From the NCBI GenBank assembly GCA_902609025.1, contig CACLQD010000002.1, positions 33,899-97,898 of the forward strand: DNA of 64,000 bases, written 5' to 3'. Source of the stretch: an uncultured PS1 clade bacterium. Its GTDB lineage: Bacteria > Pseudomonadota > Alphaproteobacteria > MED-G09. The notes beneath the pieces were generated by a model that had not been told where the DNA came from, ran no database searches, and saw only the letters and a program-made list of their open reading frames with translations. Below are positions 20,522 to 30,942 of this stretch, piece after piece. Position numbers and translations under genes: made by a program. Within the stretch, counting starts at the first letter, position 1, and each line of letters begins with the position of its first letter.

Positions 20522-21232
20522 ATGACTAAAGAATATAAAGATAAAATTGCTCTTGTTACTGGTTCGTCAAGAGGATTAGGAAAATATTTATCAATCGAAT
20601 TGGCAAAAAAGGGTTTTGAAGTAATACTAGTTGCAAGAACAGTTGGTGCGCTTGAAGAGCAATATGATGAGATAATTAAACTTGGCTCAAAATCAACTAT
20701 TGTTCCATTAGATCTAAATGAAGATGATTCAATTGATAAATTAGGTTTTGAAATAAATAAAAAATGGGGCAGATTAGATTTGCTTGTTTCTAACGCAGCA
20801 ATAACTAATGAATTAACTCCATTATCTCATCTAAAACCTGATATTTGGGAAAAAGTGATAAATTTTAATTTAACATTAAATTATCGTTTAATTAGATCTT
20901 TTGAACACCTTCTTAAATCATCTAAAGATGCAAAATGTTTATTTATCCTTGATAAAGAGACAAAAGAAGATAAACCATATCATATCCCCTATTCAGTAAG
21001 TAAGGCTGGGTTAGAAAAAATGATCTCTATATGGGCCAAAGAGGTATTAAAAGATAATATTAATATTCATTATTGCTTTGCACCAAGAATGAATACTTTC
21101 TTGAGAAAAACAATTATACCCGGCCTTAATGAATCAGACTTCAATAACCCCAAAGAAGTATCTGAAATAATTATAGAGAACTTATTAAAGCCTAGTGGAA
21201 AAGATAAAAATTTTATTGAAATTTTATGCTAA
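20522..21232 (+). CDS. Short-chain dehydrogenase/reductase, substrate unknown
   Basis: VTGSSRGLG and YSVSKAG motifs. Follows purF. Confidence 0.7.
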   Translation: MTKEYKDKIALVTGSSRGLGKYLSIELAKKGFEVILVARTVGALEEQYDEIIKLGSKSTIVPLDLNEDDSIDKLGFEINKKWGRLDLLVSNAAITNELTPLSHLKPDIWEKVINFNLTLNYRLIRSFEHLLKSSKDAKCLFILDKETKEDKPYHIPYSVSKAGLEKMISIWAKEVLKDNINIHYCFAPRMNTFLRKTIIPGLNESDFNNPKEVSEIIIENLLKPSGKDKNFIEILC

Positions 21233-22572
21233 TTTCTTTTGTAAGGATTATCGGTCTTTTTATATATTATTTTAATTGGAACACCACTTAGAGAAAACTC
21301 TTCTCGCAGATTATTTAATATATATCTTTTATATGAGTCTAGAACCGCTTTTGGTTTATTTGTAAAAATAGCAAAATAAATGGGATTTGAATTTATTTGA
21401 GTAATATATTTAAAACGTACCTCTCTTCCATTATCAGTTGGATGAGTATGTGTTGATGTTACTTTATCTAAAAAAGAATTAAGTTTATGTGTTGATAGTT
21501 CAACAAAACTTAAATTATATATTTGCAAAACTTTTTTCATTAATTCTTCAATTCCATGACCACTTTTAGAAGAAATAAAAACTGTGGATGCGCCTCTGAA
21601 TTGAGATAAAGACTTAGAAATTTTATCCAAAATTTCACTTTTAGAATCCTTCTTATCTTTTACTAAGTCCCACTTATTAATAGCTAATATGAATGGTTTT
21701 CCTTTATCTTCGATATAATTTGATATCAATAAATCTTGTTTATCAAAACCAATAGAAGCATCTATCAAGAGAATTGAAATATCAGAGATATCAACTGATC
21801 TTAAGCTGCTTTTAGATGATTTTTTTTCTACCTCATCGCTAATTCTAGATTTTTTTCTTAAACCTGGTGTATCAATTATAATATAATTATTTTTTTTCCA
21901 TTTGAATGCTTCTGATATTATATCACGAGTTAAACCAGCTGTTTCTCCTACAAGCTGCCTATCTTCTTTAAGCAGAAAATTTGTTAAAGTAGATTTTCCA
22001 GAATTTGGACGACCCAAAATAGATATTTTAATTTTATTTTCTTCTTTCAATAAATTTAATTCATCACCTACATCCTTGTGATTGAATGACTCATAAATTA
22101 ATGATTTAAGGTATTGAATACCCCTATTATGTTCTGCAGATATATTTATTGATTCTCCAAAACCAAAAGAATCAAACTTTGAAGCTTCTTGATCTTGTTT
22201 TACTGTTTCACATTTATTAGCTACTAAAATTATGTCTTTTCCGCTTTTGCGAACCAGTTTCGTTAGAAATAAATCATCGGAAGTTATTTCAGAACGAACA
22301 TCAACAAGAAAAAGTATAGTATCAGATTTTTCAATTACTTTTTTGGATGTCTCTTTAAGAATTTTTGATAGATTCTTCTTATTAGTCTCCTCTAATCCAG
22401 CAGTATCAATTAATTCTATATTAAGATTTCTGTCAGTGTATGTTTCAATTATATAATCCCTTGTAACCCCAGGATTATCTGCAACAATAGCCCTATTTTT
22501 TCCTATTAATCTATTAAAGAGTGTTGATTTACCAACATTAGGCCTTCCAATAATTGCTATAGTTTTGACCAT
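21229..22572 (-). CDS. der: Ribosome-associated GTPase Der (EngA)
   Basis: Two tandem GTPase domains (GRPNVGKSTLFNR and GRPNSGKSTL) plus a KH-like C-terminus. Confidence 0.92.
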   Translation of the reverse strand: MVKTIAIIGRPNVGKSTLFNRLIGKNRAIVADNPGVTRDYIIETYTDRNLNIELIDTAGLEETNKKNLSKILKETSKKVIEKSDTILFLVDVRSEITSDDLFLTKLVRKSGKDIILVANKCETVKQDQEASKFDSFGFGESINISAEHNRGIQYLKSLIYESFNHKDVGDELNLLKEENKIKISILGRPNSGKSTLTNFLLKEDRQLVGETAGLTRDIISEAFKWKKNNYIIIDTPGLRKKSRISDEVEKKSSKSSLRSVDISDISILLIDASIGFDKQDLLISNYIEDKGKPFILAINKWDLVKDKKDSKSEILDKISKSLSQFRGASTVFISSKSGHGIEELMKKVLQIYNLSFVELSTHKLNSFLDKVTSTHTHPTDNGREVRFKYITQINSNPIYFAIFTNKPKAVLDSYKRYILNNLREEFSLSGVPIKIIYKKTDNPYKRN

Positions 22573-22589
22573 AACACTATGACTTAAGC

Positions 22590-23936
22590 TTAATTATAAG
22601 CTGAAAGATCTCCATTATCGTTTAAAATATAAACAGTGTTATTTACTACTAAAGGCGGTAAATAGCTAGACCCCGATATTTTATCAGAATTTAAAATTTC
22701 ACCATCATCAGGAGAAACCCAAATAGCTTTACCTTCAGATGAAATAGCTAGCAACTTACTTGAAACCATAACTGGACCACTCCACTGGATAGGGTTTTTC
22801 TTCTTCTCTTCATTCCTGTATTGCTCTAATTGCGTAACCCAACGAATTTTTCCTGATCTCTTGGATATACACACTAACTCTGCATTAGATGTTAAAACAA
22901 ACAACCAATCACCTGCAAGCCAAGGTGTTTCTGTGCTTGACATATCAATTGTCCATACTCTCTCACCGGTTGAAATATCAATAGAAACCATTCTACCTGC
23001 ATGACTAACGCTAAATAATTGGCCATCATCAATGATTGGTCGTGCTGTTATAGAATTAATTTCGGAAAGTGAAGTAGATGAGCCTGTTCTTGATAAAGAG
23101 TCACTCCAAATAACTGATCCATTTAATGGTCGTATTGCATAAATTTCTCCAGAAGAATAAGGAACAAATATTAAGCCATCTCCTGCAGCAACTGAAGTTG
23201 ACGATAAAATTGTAGCTGACTCTAATATGCCTCTATGTGTCCACATTACTTCACCTGAATCCTTGTCTACTGCAAAGAGTTGGTTATCATGTGTCATTAC
23301 GAAAACAAGGTCTTGAAATACTATTGGTGAAGACCGACTAGGAATCCTCATATTCAATTCCCATAGCATTTCACCTGAATCTGCTTGGAATGCATAAAGA
23401 TATCCAAATCCAGTTGAAGCATAAACAACTCCATTAGAAAATGATAATCCGCCACCGAAACCCTCTCTTTTATTTTCTTTTTTTATTGCAAGGTTGTTAC
23501 TCCAAATTCTTTTTCTTTTGTTTATATCAAAAGCTTGAATTCTTGAATCTGAGGATAACGAAAAAACCTTATTATCAGCTATTATTGGCATGGAAATCAA
23601 ATAAGACATTTTTGTTGAACCAGCTCCTATCTTCATATTCCATTTTCTATTTAAAGATGTTGGTCCGGATAAGTTTTCTAATGCATTATTAAGTGATCCG
23701 CCTGGGTATAACCAATCAGAGTTTGTTTTTTCTTGAGGTAAAGCGATATTGCTTTGAAGTGTTTGAGGATCGGAAACAAGGTTTTTTCTTAATTTAAGAA
23801 TTGATATTCTATCGCCTTTTATGCGGTCTTTATCAATATCTTTTCCGCCAAAAAAATTTGAGGAACCGCATGAGCTTAGTAAAGGTAAAATTATCAAAAT
23901 TGCTATTATTCTAATCATATTATTTAACATTATCAT
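22590..23936 (-). CDS. bamB: Outer membrane protein assembly factor BamB (PQQ-repeat beta-propeller lipoprotein)
   Basis: Lipobox LLSSC after a signal peptide and repeated PQQ-like blades. yfgM-bamB-der synteny. Confidence 0.8.
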   Translation of the reverse strand: MIMLNNMIRIIAILIILPLLSSCGSSNFFGGKDIDKDRIKGDRISILKLRKNLVSDPQTLQSNIALPQEKTNSDWLYPGGSLNNALENLSGPTSLNRKWNMKIGAGSTKMSYLISMPIIADNKVFSLSSDSRIQAFDINKRKRIWSNNLAIKKENKREGFGGGLSFSNGVVYASTGFGYLYAFQADSGEMLWELNMRIPSRSSPIVFQDLVFVMTHDNQLFAVDKDSGEVMWTHRGILESATILSSTSVAAGDGLIFVPYSSGEIYAIRPLNGSVIWSDSLSRTGSSTSLSEINSITARPIIDDGQLFSVSHAGRMVSIDISTGERVWTIDMSSTETPWLAGDWLFVLTSNAELVCISKRSGKIRWVTQLEQYRNEEKKKNPIQWSGPVMVSSKLLAISSEGKAIWVSPDDGEILNSDKISGSSYLPPLVVNNTVYILNDNGDLSAYN

Positions 23937-24591
23937 AACTTGAAATTTGTTCAGAAAATATTTTAGATCTTGAAGCTATATTCCTTGGAGATGATGCATC
24001 ATTCGCAATATCATTAAATTTTTTTGATGACTCTTGATATCTATTATCTCTGTAATAAGCTAAAGCAATAATTTCTTTTGCATAAAAAGAAAAGGGACCT
24101 TGTGAATTTAAAAGACTAGATAATTTATCTTCAATATTAGTAATTTCAGCATTATCAAGCATAATGTAACCTGATTTTAAAATAGCAAAATCGTTGATTT
24201 TTTTTGAAAGATTTTTGTCTTTAGCTGCTCTAGCCAAATATTCTAATGCTAAGACTTTGTTTCCCTCTTTAATTGCAATATTTGATAAATTAAACAAAGA
24301 AAGTCCAGAATATCCATTAGATTCATTCACTAAAGACTCAAAAATATCTATTGCATCACTATTATTTTCATTGTCTAAAACTGCTAGAGCCTTTTCATAT
24401 TGATCTGATGCGCTTTCGGAATTTTTATATCCTAAATATTTAGAAAACTCATAACCTCCAAAAGACATTATAATAATCAATATTACTGCAATAAGGTATA
24501 AACCAAATCTATCCCACAAAGCTTTAAGCTGTTTCTTTCTTAATTCTTCTTCAATTTCATTTTCTAATGGTTCTGACATAACCTTCTCCAA
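23920..24591 (-). CDS. YfgM-like membrane-anchored TPR protein
   Basis: 223 aa with a single TM segment followed by a TPR-like helical region. Position upstream of bamB-der matches E. coli yfgM. Confidence 0.55.
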   Translation of the reverse strand: MEKVMSEPLENEIEEELRKKQLKALWDRFGLYLIAVILIIIMSFGGYEFSKYLGYKNSESASDQYEKALAVLDNENNSDAIDIFESLVNESNGYSGLSLFNLSNIAIKEGNKVLALEYLARAAKDKNLSKKINDFAILKSGYIMLDNAEITNIEDKLSSLLNSQGPFSFYAKEIIALAYYRDNRYQESSKKFNDIANDASSPRNIASRSKIFSEQISSYDNVK

Positions 24592-24634
24592 ACTATAAAG
24601 GAAATTAGAGGTAAAAATATGTTATAACAAGTTT

Positions 24635-25513
24635 ATGTTTATATTTAAATTAATAAGATATGCAATGGAAATGCAATTAATTGTATTGTTATCTATATAT
24701 TGTAAGTTATTTAATATAGATAAAACATCAAAACAAATTGGTTTATTATCCAGAAAACTTGGTCCAAAGTTAGGTATTTCAAAAAGAGCTAATCAAAATT
24801 TATTAAAAGCAATACCAACCTTAGATAAAAGAAAAAGGTCAGAAATAATTAGAGATATGTGGGAAAACTTGGGAAGGACTTCAGCAGAATTTTTTAACAT
24901 AAAAACTCTTATCAAAGAAAAAAGCAGGATAAATATTAAAGGTAGGGAGATCCTAGAAGAAAATAAAAATAACGGAGTAATTTATGTGTCTGGTCATATA
25001 GCAAATTGGGAAATTATTCCTATAGCAATAAAAGAGGTAGATCATCTAGTTGGGGCAGTTTTTCGTGAATCAAATAATTATTTTTTTAATAAATGGATGA
25101 TTCAACAAAGAAAATTAATAACAGAGCATCAATTTCCAAAGGGTCCTTCTGGAACTAAAGAAATATTAAATTTTTTAAAAGATAGTGGAAGCATAGCTAT
25201 GTTAGTTGATCAAAAACTATCTAATGGAGTAAAGGCCAATTTTTTTGGGTTAAATGCAATGACTGCTTCAACCCCTGCATCACTTTCATTAAAATATGGA
25301 TATCCTGTGGTACCGCTTAAAGTAAAAAGAAAAAATGGCGTTAATTTTGAAATTGAATTTTTTGATAAAATTGAAATTGATAAAACAGGAAATATTGAAA
25401 CTGATATACTTAACTTTACTAATAAAATTAATTTATTTTTAGAAAAAATAATTTCAGATAAACCTGAAGAATGGTTCTGGTTGCATAATAGATGGGATAA
25501 AAGATTTAATTAG
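24635..25513 (+). CDS. Lipid A biosynthesis (lauroyl/late) acyltransferase family protein
   Basis: 292 aa. HX4(D/E)-type motif SGHIANWE and LpxL/HtrB family layout. Confidence 0.7.
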   Translation: MFIFKLIRYAMEMQLIVLLSIYCKLFNIDKTSKQIGLLSRKLGPKLGISKRANQNLLKAIPTLDKRKRSEIIRDMWENLGRTSAEFFNIKTLIKEKSRINIKGREILEENKNNGVIYVSGHIANWEIIPIAIKEVDHLVGAVFRESNNYFFNKWMIQQRKLITEHQFPKGPSGTKEILNFLKDSGSIAMLVDQKLSNGVKANFFGLNAMTASTPASLSLKYGYPVVPLKVKRKNGVNFEIEFFDKIEIDKTGNIETDILNFTNKINLFLEKIISDKPEEWFWLHNRWDKRFN

Positions 25514-25697
25514 GGTCGGATAACTCGCCCTCTAATGAGCTGTAAGCATCAAAATATGGCTCTTGTTTATCAACTGACCAATATTTCAATTCATTTAATG
25601 GTATTCTTTTTTTTGTGATTGCACAAATTACAAAATCACCTCTTTCTAAAACTTGAAAATTACCATCACCGTATATTAATTTTGCTTCTATACTCAT
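25506..25697 (-). CDS. Small conserved alphaproteobacterial protein (DUF2093-like)
   Basis: 63 aa. The ICAITKKRIPLNELKYWSVDKQEPY segment resembles DUF2093. Immediately downstream of xseA. Confidence 0.45.
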   Translation of the reverse strand: MSIEAKLIYGDGNFQVLERGDFVICAITKKRIPLNELKYWSVDKQEPYFDAYSSLEGELSDPN

Positions 25698-25700
25698 AAT

Positions 25701-27053
25701 TTACTTATCTTTTTTTAAGCTAACCTTTATTTTGTCATTTTTATAAAAATTTATCATTAATTCATCGTTCACTTTTAATTTTTTAGAGTTAGTAACTATC
25801 TTTGAATTATTATCTTTTATAACAGCAAAACCTCTTTTAATCACACTATTATAGCTCAAAACATCTAACATTCCTGATTGAAGTTGAAGCGAATTAATCT
25901 TGCTGTCAAAAATATTAGAAGCAGATTTAAGTAATCTATCTGAAGCATTCAAATGCATATCTTTTGACTTATCAAAATTTCTAATCAAATTGTTAATCTT
26001 TAAATGATCTACTTTCCTTAAAAAAATGTCTTTATAACTTTTTATCATTGAAATAAGAGATATACTTAGGATTGAACTTATTTTATTAAATCTTAAATTA
26101 TAATTACTCAATAATGTATCTAATTTAGGTAAAGCCTTATCTATTAATATTAGTGATCTCTTTTCATAGTCCAACCTATTATTTATGTAATTTTTTATTC
26201 TTTCAAATAAGTCTTTGGTAGAAACTAATAGATCTTTTCTGACTGGAACTGCCATTTCTGCAGCTGCAGTTGGGGTTGGTGCCCTTAAATCCGCAACTAA
26301 ATCAATAAGTGTTGTATCTGTTTCATGACCAATTGCTGAAATTATAGGAATTTTTGACTCAAAAACTTTACGAACAAGATCTTCATCATTAAAGCCCCAT
26401 AAATCCTCAATACTTCCTCCGCCTCTAGCAATTATTATAACATCCGGTTTTTCTAAATTACTTTGCTCTAATAAATGAAAACCTTCAATGGCATCTATAA
26501 CTTCTTCAGAAGATGACTCTCCTTGAACCTTAACAGGCCATACTGTCACATTGACAGGAAATCTGTCATAAATTCTATGAAGTATATCTTTTATTACTGC
26601 TCCAGTTGGACTAGTTATAACCCCAATTCTTTTGGGTAAAAACGGAATATCTTTTTTATAATCATCATCAAACAAGCCTTCTTTTAATAATTTATCTTTT
26701 CTTTTTTCTAACAAAGCCATTAATGCGCCAATTCCAGCAGGCTCCATATTTTCGATTATAATTTGATATTTTGACTGACCGGAATAAGTAGTTACTTTAC
26801 CCGTACAAACCACCTCAAGGCCTTCTTCAGGAATAATATCTAATTTATTAACATTTCCTTTCCAAACAATCCCTGATATTACAGAGGTATCATCTTTTAG
26901 GTCTAGATAAATATGTCCTGAATTAGGTTTTGAAACTCTACCTATTTCAGCTTTTATTCTTATATAATCAAAATTATCCTCAATTATTCTCTTAATAGAA
27001 TTGGATAATTCAGAAACAGTATATTCAAGATTATTTATTAAGTTATCATTCAT
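25701..27053 (-). CDS. xseA: Exodeoxyribonuclease VII large subunit
   Basis: 450 aa. OB-fold N-terminus, IIARGGGSIEDLWGFNDE and a coiled C-terminal region. Confidence 0.88.
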   Translation of the reverse strand: MNDNLINNLEYTVSELSNSIKRIIEDNFDYIRIKAEIGRVSKPNSGHIYLDLKDDTSVISGIVWKGNVNKLDIIPEEGLEVVCTGKVTTYSGQSKYQIIIENMEPAGIGALMALLEKRKDKLLKEGLFDDDYKKDIPFLPKRIGVITSPTGAVIKDILHRIYDRFPVNVTVWPVKVQGESSSEEVIDAIEGFHLLEQSNLEKPDVIIIARGGGSIEDLWGFNDEDLVRKVFESKIPIISAIGHETDTTLIDLVADLRAPTPTAAAEMAVPVRKDLLVSTKDLFERIKNYINNRLDYEKRSLILIDKALPKLDTLLSNYNLRFNKISSILSISLISMIKSYKDIFLRKVDHLKINNLIRNFDKSKDMHLNASDRLLKSASNIFDSKINSLQLQSGMLDVLSYNSVIKRGFAVIKDNNSKIVTNSKKLKVNDELMINFYKNDKIKVSLKKDK

Positions 27054-27117
27054 TATGTAGCTTTTTTTTATACTAAATTAACTTATAATATTTCAAAATC
27101 AATATAATATAATTAAC

Positions 27118-28386
27118 ATGAATATACTTTTAATAGGTGGTGGTGGAAGAGAACACAGTATAGCTGAGGCTCTCTCAAAAAGTAGTAAAATTAATGAGCT
27201 ACATTGTATACCAGGAAATGCAGGTATAGAAAAAATAGCTAGTTGTCATAACTATGATATTTCAAATCAACAGGAAATTTTAAATTTTTGTGAAAATAAT
27301 AACATTGATATTGTTTTTATAGGACCAGAAATTCCTCTTGTCGAAGGTCTAGCTGATTACCTTAATAGAAATAGTTTCTTTACTTTTGGACCAAACCAAA
27401 AAGCCGCTAAACTCGAAGGCTCAAAATCCTTTACAAAGAATATATGTAAAAAATACAATATTCCTACAGCAAAATATGAAACTTTTTCAAATGCAAAAGA
27501 TGCGCTTGCTTATATCGATAATCATTCAATACCACTTGTAATTAAAGTTGATGGGCTTGCAGCAGGTAAGGGAGTAATAATTGCAGAAACAAGAGATCAC
27601 GCAATTAATTCAGTTAATGAAATATTTTCTGGTAAATTTGGGAATGCTGGAGATGAAATTGTTATTGAAGAATTTTTAGATGGCGAAGAAGCAAGTTATT
27701 TTATTATTTCAGACGGAGAATCTTTTATACCCTTAACATCGGCACAAGATCATAAAAGAATTGGAGATGGAGATATTGGACTAAATACTGGCGGCATGGG
27801 AGCATACTCACCTGCACCAATTATGAATAAAGAATTAGAAGAAAAAACAATAAATAAAATTATTAAACCTACAATTAAAGCTATGAACGATTATGGATCA
27901 CCTTATATTGGAATATTATATGCTGGTTTAATGATTAAGGATAATGAACCTAAGTTAATTGAATATAATGTTAGATTTGGCGATCCTGAGTGTCAGGTAA
28001 TAATTCCTAGACTTGAAAATGATTTAGTTGAATTGCTAGTTAATGTTAAAGAGAAAAACCTAGATAGTTATACATTAAAATGGAAAGAAAATTTTGCAAT
28101 TACAATAGTTTTAGCAGCTAAAGGGTACCCAGAAAGCTATGAAACTGGTGATGAAATTAAGGGATTAGATGCAATAGATAATATAGATGATGTAGAAATA
28201 TTTCACGCAGGTACAAAAACTAAAAATAATCAAATTGTCACTTCTGGAGGAAGAGTTTTAAGTATCAATGGTTATGGAAAGAATTTAGTTGATGCAAAGG
28301 AAAAAGCTTATAGTCTTGTAAAAAAAATTAATTGGCCAGGTTGTTATTATAGGAAAGATATTGGTTGGAGAGCATTAAAGGAATAA
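27118..28386 (+). CDS. purD: Phosphoribosylamine-glycine ligase
   Basis: MNILLIGGGGREH, ATP-grasp and NVRFGDPE. Confidence 0.93.
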   Translation: MNILLIGGGGREHSIAEALSKSSKINELHCIPGNAGIEKIASCHNYDISNQQEILNFCENNNIDIVFIGPEIPLVEGLADYLNRNSFFTFGPNQKAAKLEGSKSFTKNICKKYNIPTAKYETFSNAKDALAYIDNHSIPLVIKVDGLAAGKGVIIAETRDHAINSVNEIFSGKFGNAGDEIVIEEFLDGEEASYFIISDGESFIPLTSAQDHKRIGDGDIGLNTGGMGAYSPAPIMNKELEEKTINKIIKPTIKAMNDYGSPYIGILYAGLMIKDNEPKLIEYNVRFGDPECQVIIPRLENDLVELLVNVKEKNLDSYTLKWKENFAITIVLAAKGYPESYETGDEIKGLDAIDNIDDVEIFHAGTKTKNNQIVTSGGRVLSINGYGKNLVDAKEKAYSLVKKINWPGCYYRKDIGWRALKE

Positions 28387-28388
28387 AA

Positions 28389-29480
28389 ATGAATATAGAA
28401 GAGGAATCATCAACAGAAAAATTTACTGGCACAATGCAAGTACAGGAAAAACTTAAAATTCCTGAAAAAGAATTAGAAACTTACTTAAATGATAATGTTG
28501 AAAATTTTAAAGGACCGCTAGAAGTTAGAGAATTTAAAGGCGGACAATCTAATCCTACATATCAACTTGTAACACCCAAGAAAAAATATGTCTTAAGACG
28601 CAAACCTCCAGGAAAACTTCTTCCCTCAGCTCATGCAGTTGATAGAGAATATAAAGTTATAACTGCTCTTAATTCAACTGGTTTTCCAGTACCTAAAACC
28701 TACAAACTTTGTTTAGATGAAAGCGTTATAGGCACAATATTTTATGTCATGGAAATGGTTGAGGGTAATATTTATTGGGAACCAACTATTCCGGAGGTTG
28801 ATAATGAATTAAGAGCTAAAATTTATATAGAAAAAAATAAAACATTATCAGATTTACATAACACAAATTATAAAGATATAGGTCTTGAGGATTTTGGAAA
28901 ACCAGGAAATTATTTTTCTCGTCAAATATCAAGATGGACTAAGCAGTATATTGCTTCAGAAACAGAAAAAATAATAGAGATGAATAAATTAATAGATTGG
29001 TTACCAAATAACATTCCTGGAGATGATGAAACATCAATAGTTCATGGAGATTATAGGTTAGATAATATGGTTATTGATAGAAATACTTCAAAAGTTTCAG
29101 CGATCTTAGATTGGGAGTTATCAACACTCGGTCATCCTTTGGGTGATTTTACTTATCATCTTATGCAATGGTACATGCCTGGTGATGGTACTGGAGCTGG
29201 TACACAAACATTGTCGAATACCGATTTGAAATCAATTGGAGTGCCTAGCGCTGAAGATTATATAAAAATGTATTGTGATAATACGAACAGAAAAGAGATA
29301 GAAAATATTGACTTTTATCTTTCTTATAATTTTTTTAGATTAGCAGGAATATTACAAGGCATTATTGGTCGTGTCAGAGATGGAACTGCGGCTAGTGAGC
29401 ATGCTGAAGATAGAGCAGATAGAGTTCGACCTCTTGCTGAGTCAGGTTGGTTTTATGCTCAAAAGGCTGGTGCAGTTTAA
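28389..29480 (+). CDS. APH-fold phosphotransferase of the ACAD10/ACAD11 N-terminal-domain (LvaA-like) type
   Basis: FKGGQSNPTYQL, VLRRKPPGKLLPSAHAVDREYKV, HGDYRLDNM and LDWELSTLGHPLGD closely resemble the kinase domain of mammalian ACAD10/11. ATG 28389 is preferred over the TTG-opened ORF at 28365. Confidence 0.75.
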   Translation: MNIEEESSTEKFTGTMQVQEKLKIPEKELETYLNDNVENFKGPLEVREFKGGQSNPTYQLVTPKKKYVLRRKPPGKLLPSAHAVDREYKVITALNSTGFPVPKTYKLCLDESVIGTIFYVMEMVEGNIYWEPTIPEVDNELRAKIYIEKNKTLSDLHNTNYKDIGLEDFGKPGNYFSRQISRWTKQYIASETEKIIEMNKLIDWLPNNIPGDDETSIVHGDYRLDNMVIDRNTSKVSAILDWELSTLGHPLGDFTYHLMQWYMPGDGTGAGTQTLSNTDLKSIGVPSAEDYIKMYCDNTNRKEIENIDFYLSYNFFRLAGILQGIIGRVRDGTAASEHAEDRADRVRPLAESGWFYAQKAGAV

Positions 29481-30170
29481 TTATTTTTCAATAATTTTTA
29501 CTCCATCCATCTCACCTAATATTACAATATTCGCCATATCAACAAATAAACCGTTTTCGACTACTCCCGGAATTGAATTTAATAAATCACTAATAATAGA
29601 AGGCTCCTTTATTAAACCGATTGACAAATCATAAATTAAATTTTTGCTATCTGTCTGAAAAGGTTTGTCATTTTCCATTCTTAAATTTGCTGTTCCAGAG
29701 TAGCCTATTGCATCAAGCTTCTCTAAAACACGCTTTATCGTTGTATCATGCTCAAAAGTTATAATTTCAATAGGTAATTTGAAGTCGCCTAATTTACTTA
29801 CTTTTTTTGAATCATCCGCGATAACAATCATTTTTTTGGAATTAAAAGCTATAATTTTTTCTCTTAACAAAGCACCTCCACCACCTTTTAAAAGTGAGAG
29901 ATTATCATCAATTTCATCTGCTCCATCAATTGTAAGATCGAGAATATCGTAATCTTCTAGAGTTCCAAGAGGTATTTCCAATGATTCAGCTAATTTTTTT
30001 GTATTTTCTGATGTAGGAACACATGTAATCTGAAAACCATCCTTTACATGATCTGATAATATCTTTGTAAATTCATCTGCAGTACTTCCTGTGCCTAAAC
30101 CTAGTTTCATTCCCTCTTCAACATATTCAAAAGCTTTTTTGGCAGCTATAATTTTTTTTTCTTTAGACAT
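29481..30170 (-). CDS. rpiA: Ribose-5-phosphate isomerase A
   Basis: GLGTGST, DGADE and KGGGGALLREK. Confidence 0.9.
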   Translation of the reverse strand: MSKEKKIIAAKKAFEYVEEGMKLGLGTGSTADEFTKILSDHVKDGFQITCVPTSENTKKLAESLEIPLGTLEDYDILDLTIDGADEIDDNLSLLKGGGGALLREKIIAFNSKKMIVIADDSKKVSKLGDFKLPIEIITFEHDTTIKRVLEKLDAIGYSGTANLRMENDKPFQTDSKNLIYDLSIGLIKEPSIISDLLNSIPGVVENGLFVDMANIVILGEMDGVKIIEK

Positions 30171-30892
30171 TAAATTTCCTCTGAACCTGCTTTTATTTTG
30201 TGTGCTTTTAATATTCTATCATATGCACCATTAATAATGGCTAACTTTTCATTTGCCATACCTAATAACTCTTTTGGTACCCCATTTGCAATCATTCGAT
30301 CAGGATGATTTTGTGCGGCTAACTCTTTCCATGCTTTTTGAGCAATTTCAATATTTGAACCAGCATTTATACCTAAAATTAACCATGGATCATCTATTTC
30401 TGATGCCATATGACTGGCTCTAATACGAGCAAATTCTGCTGATGAAAAACCAAAAATTCCTGCTACATTCTCTAAGAAAAGTACTTCGCTTTGATTTACT
30501 GGTCCGTCAGATTTTGCAATATGAAATAATCCATCAAGAACATTTTCTAAAACTTCAAATTTACCTTCAAATAATTTAGAAATTTGCTCAGCGTATGCTT
30601 CATAGCCAGCTATATCCTGTTGAGCTAATTTATAAATTTTAATTACATTATTTAATTCATTCTTAGGAACTTCACTTAGTATTTCATTAAACGCCATTAA
30701 TTCTTTTTCCGAAAAATCACCATCTGCTCTAGACATTTTTGCCGATAGAGCGATTAAAGCTATAGCGAATGCTACATCTTCATCTTCTTTATCAATAACA
30801 TAATGGCCTGCAACAGCACCTACAACAGCACCTATAATCCCGCCAATAAAATATCCGGCAGAAGCTCCAGCAAGTTTACCCCAAGTTGACAT
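30170..30892 (-). CDS. djlA: DjlA-type membrane-anchored J-domain co-chaperone
   Basis: N-terminal Gly-rich TM segment, TerB-like middle region, and a C-terminal J domain with HPD (AAQNHPDR). Confidence 0.7.
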   Translation of the reverse strand: MSTWGKLAGASAGYFIGGIIGAVVGAVAGHYVIDKEDEDVAFAIALIALSAKMSRADGDFSEKELMAFNEILSEVPKNELNNVIKIYKLAQQDIAGYEAYAEQISKLFEGKFEVLENVLDGLFHIAKSDGPVNQSEVLFLENVAGIFGFSSAEFARIRASHMASEIDDPWLILGINAGSNIEIAQKAWKELAAQNHPDRMIANGVPKELLGMANEKLAIINGAYDRILKAHKIKAGSEEI

Positions 30893-30942
30893 GCTAATAA
30901 TTTATCCTGAGTCGTGATAAATTTCTTTTCTTCAATATATAT

